Shown here in pieces: positions 63,848-64,000 of a stretch of 64,000 bases of DNA. Position numbers and translations under genes: made by a program. This DNA comes from an uncultured Bifidobacteriaceae bacterium (GTDB taxonomy: Bacteria > Bacteroidota > Bacteroidia > Cytophagales > UBA9547). The number at the start of each line of letters is the position of its first letter. Position 1 is the stretch's first letter. Under the pieces are notes generated by a model. That model saw only the letters and a program-made list of their open reading frames with translations. It had not been told where the DNA came from and did not search any database. The DNA is taken from positions 21,620-85,619 of the forward strand of contig CAZNHL010000007.1 in assembly GCA_964572965.1 (NCBI GenBank), in the 5' to 3' direction.

Positions 63848-64000
63848 TTATGATTCAGCACTGGCAAACTCGTAGATTTTTTCTTCTGCAATTTGCGCTA
63901 GCAATTCGTCAATGAATTTCTCCTCTTCAAGCGTTTGGCGGAGCAGTTCGGCAGCACTAAGATAACCAAGCAAACTGGAATGGCTTCTTAAATTACTATA
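63848..64000 (-). CDS. Partial CDS: C-terminal 50 aa of a DUF892/YciE-type ferritin-like protein, continuing past the right edge
   Basis: The minus-strand frame reads ...LGYLSAAELLRQTLEEEKFIDELLAQIAEEKIYEFASAES*, resembling the YciE family C-terminus. Confidence 0.5.
   Translation of the reverse strand, partial: YSNLRSHSSLLGYLSAAELLRQTLEEEKFIDELLAQIAEEKIYEFASAES

Overview
This 64-kb chromosomal window looks like a Bacteroidota genome. Synteny and AT-rich leaders without Shine-Dalgarno sequences suggest Sphingobacteriia or a Pedobacter-like organism, but the taxon is inference only. I count about 70 tightly packed protein genes. I recognised no rRNA, tRNA, CRISPR array, transposase or integrase. 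Left to right the window contains: (1) a BigR/SqrR-type sulfide/persulfide detox operon (trx, arsR-like, tauE, persulfide dioxygenase-rhodanese fusion, split yeeE/yedE, DUF983); (2) a housekeeping and envelope block (pdxJ, yqeY, cvpA, nadK, two DUF6089 barrels, uppS, bamA, two skp/ompH, LD-carboxypeptidase); (3) a TPP riboswitch followed by thiS-thiC, then a terminator-flanked SRPBCC gene, then thiE-like-thiD-thiE; (4) mscL, MEKHLA, DUF4332, tsaD, a 1547-aa TamB-like protein, photolyase and recA; (5) DUF2851, two parvulin PPIases, MoxR, an acetyltransferase, dprA, ppx, trhO and pyrE; (6) an accessory-looking stretch at about 48.5-55.5 kb holding a Crp regulator, membrane proteins, DUF2200, an arr rifampin ADP-ribosyltransferase gene broken by a single in-frame TAA, AraC plus a TetX-like flavin monooxygenase, and a minimal nucleotidyltransferase with an unlisted 43-aa upstream ORF; (7) a Gfo/MFS pair, YjbR, a LiaF-like-DUF4288-LytS/LytTR module, EamA and DUF4468. 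The least conventional content is non-coding. Heptamer-array spacers (AAGCATT and GTATTGA units) sit at junctions inside operons, and one is bracketed by a perfect 10-bp direct repeat that supplies the next gene's start codon. A modular 85-200 bp repeat family with terminal inverted repeats occurs in 3-4 copies. A 146-bp cassette bounded by 18-bp perfect inverted repeats lies between convergent genes. No clear-cut novel multi-gene defence system stands out. All homology calls come from reading motifs in the supplied translations and from recollection of the protein families. Nothing was searched or computed against a database.
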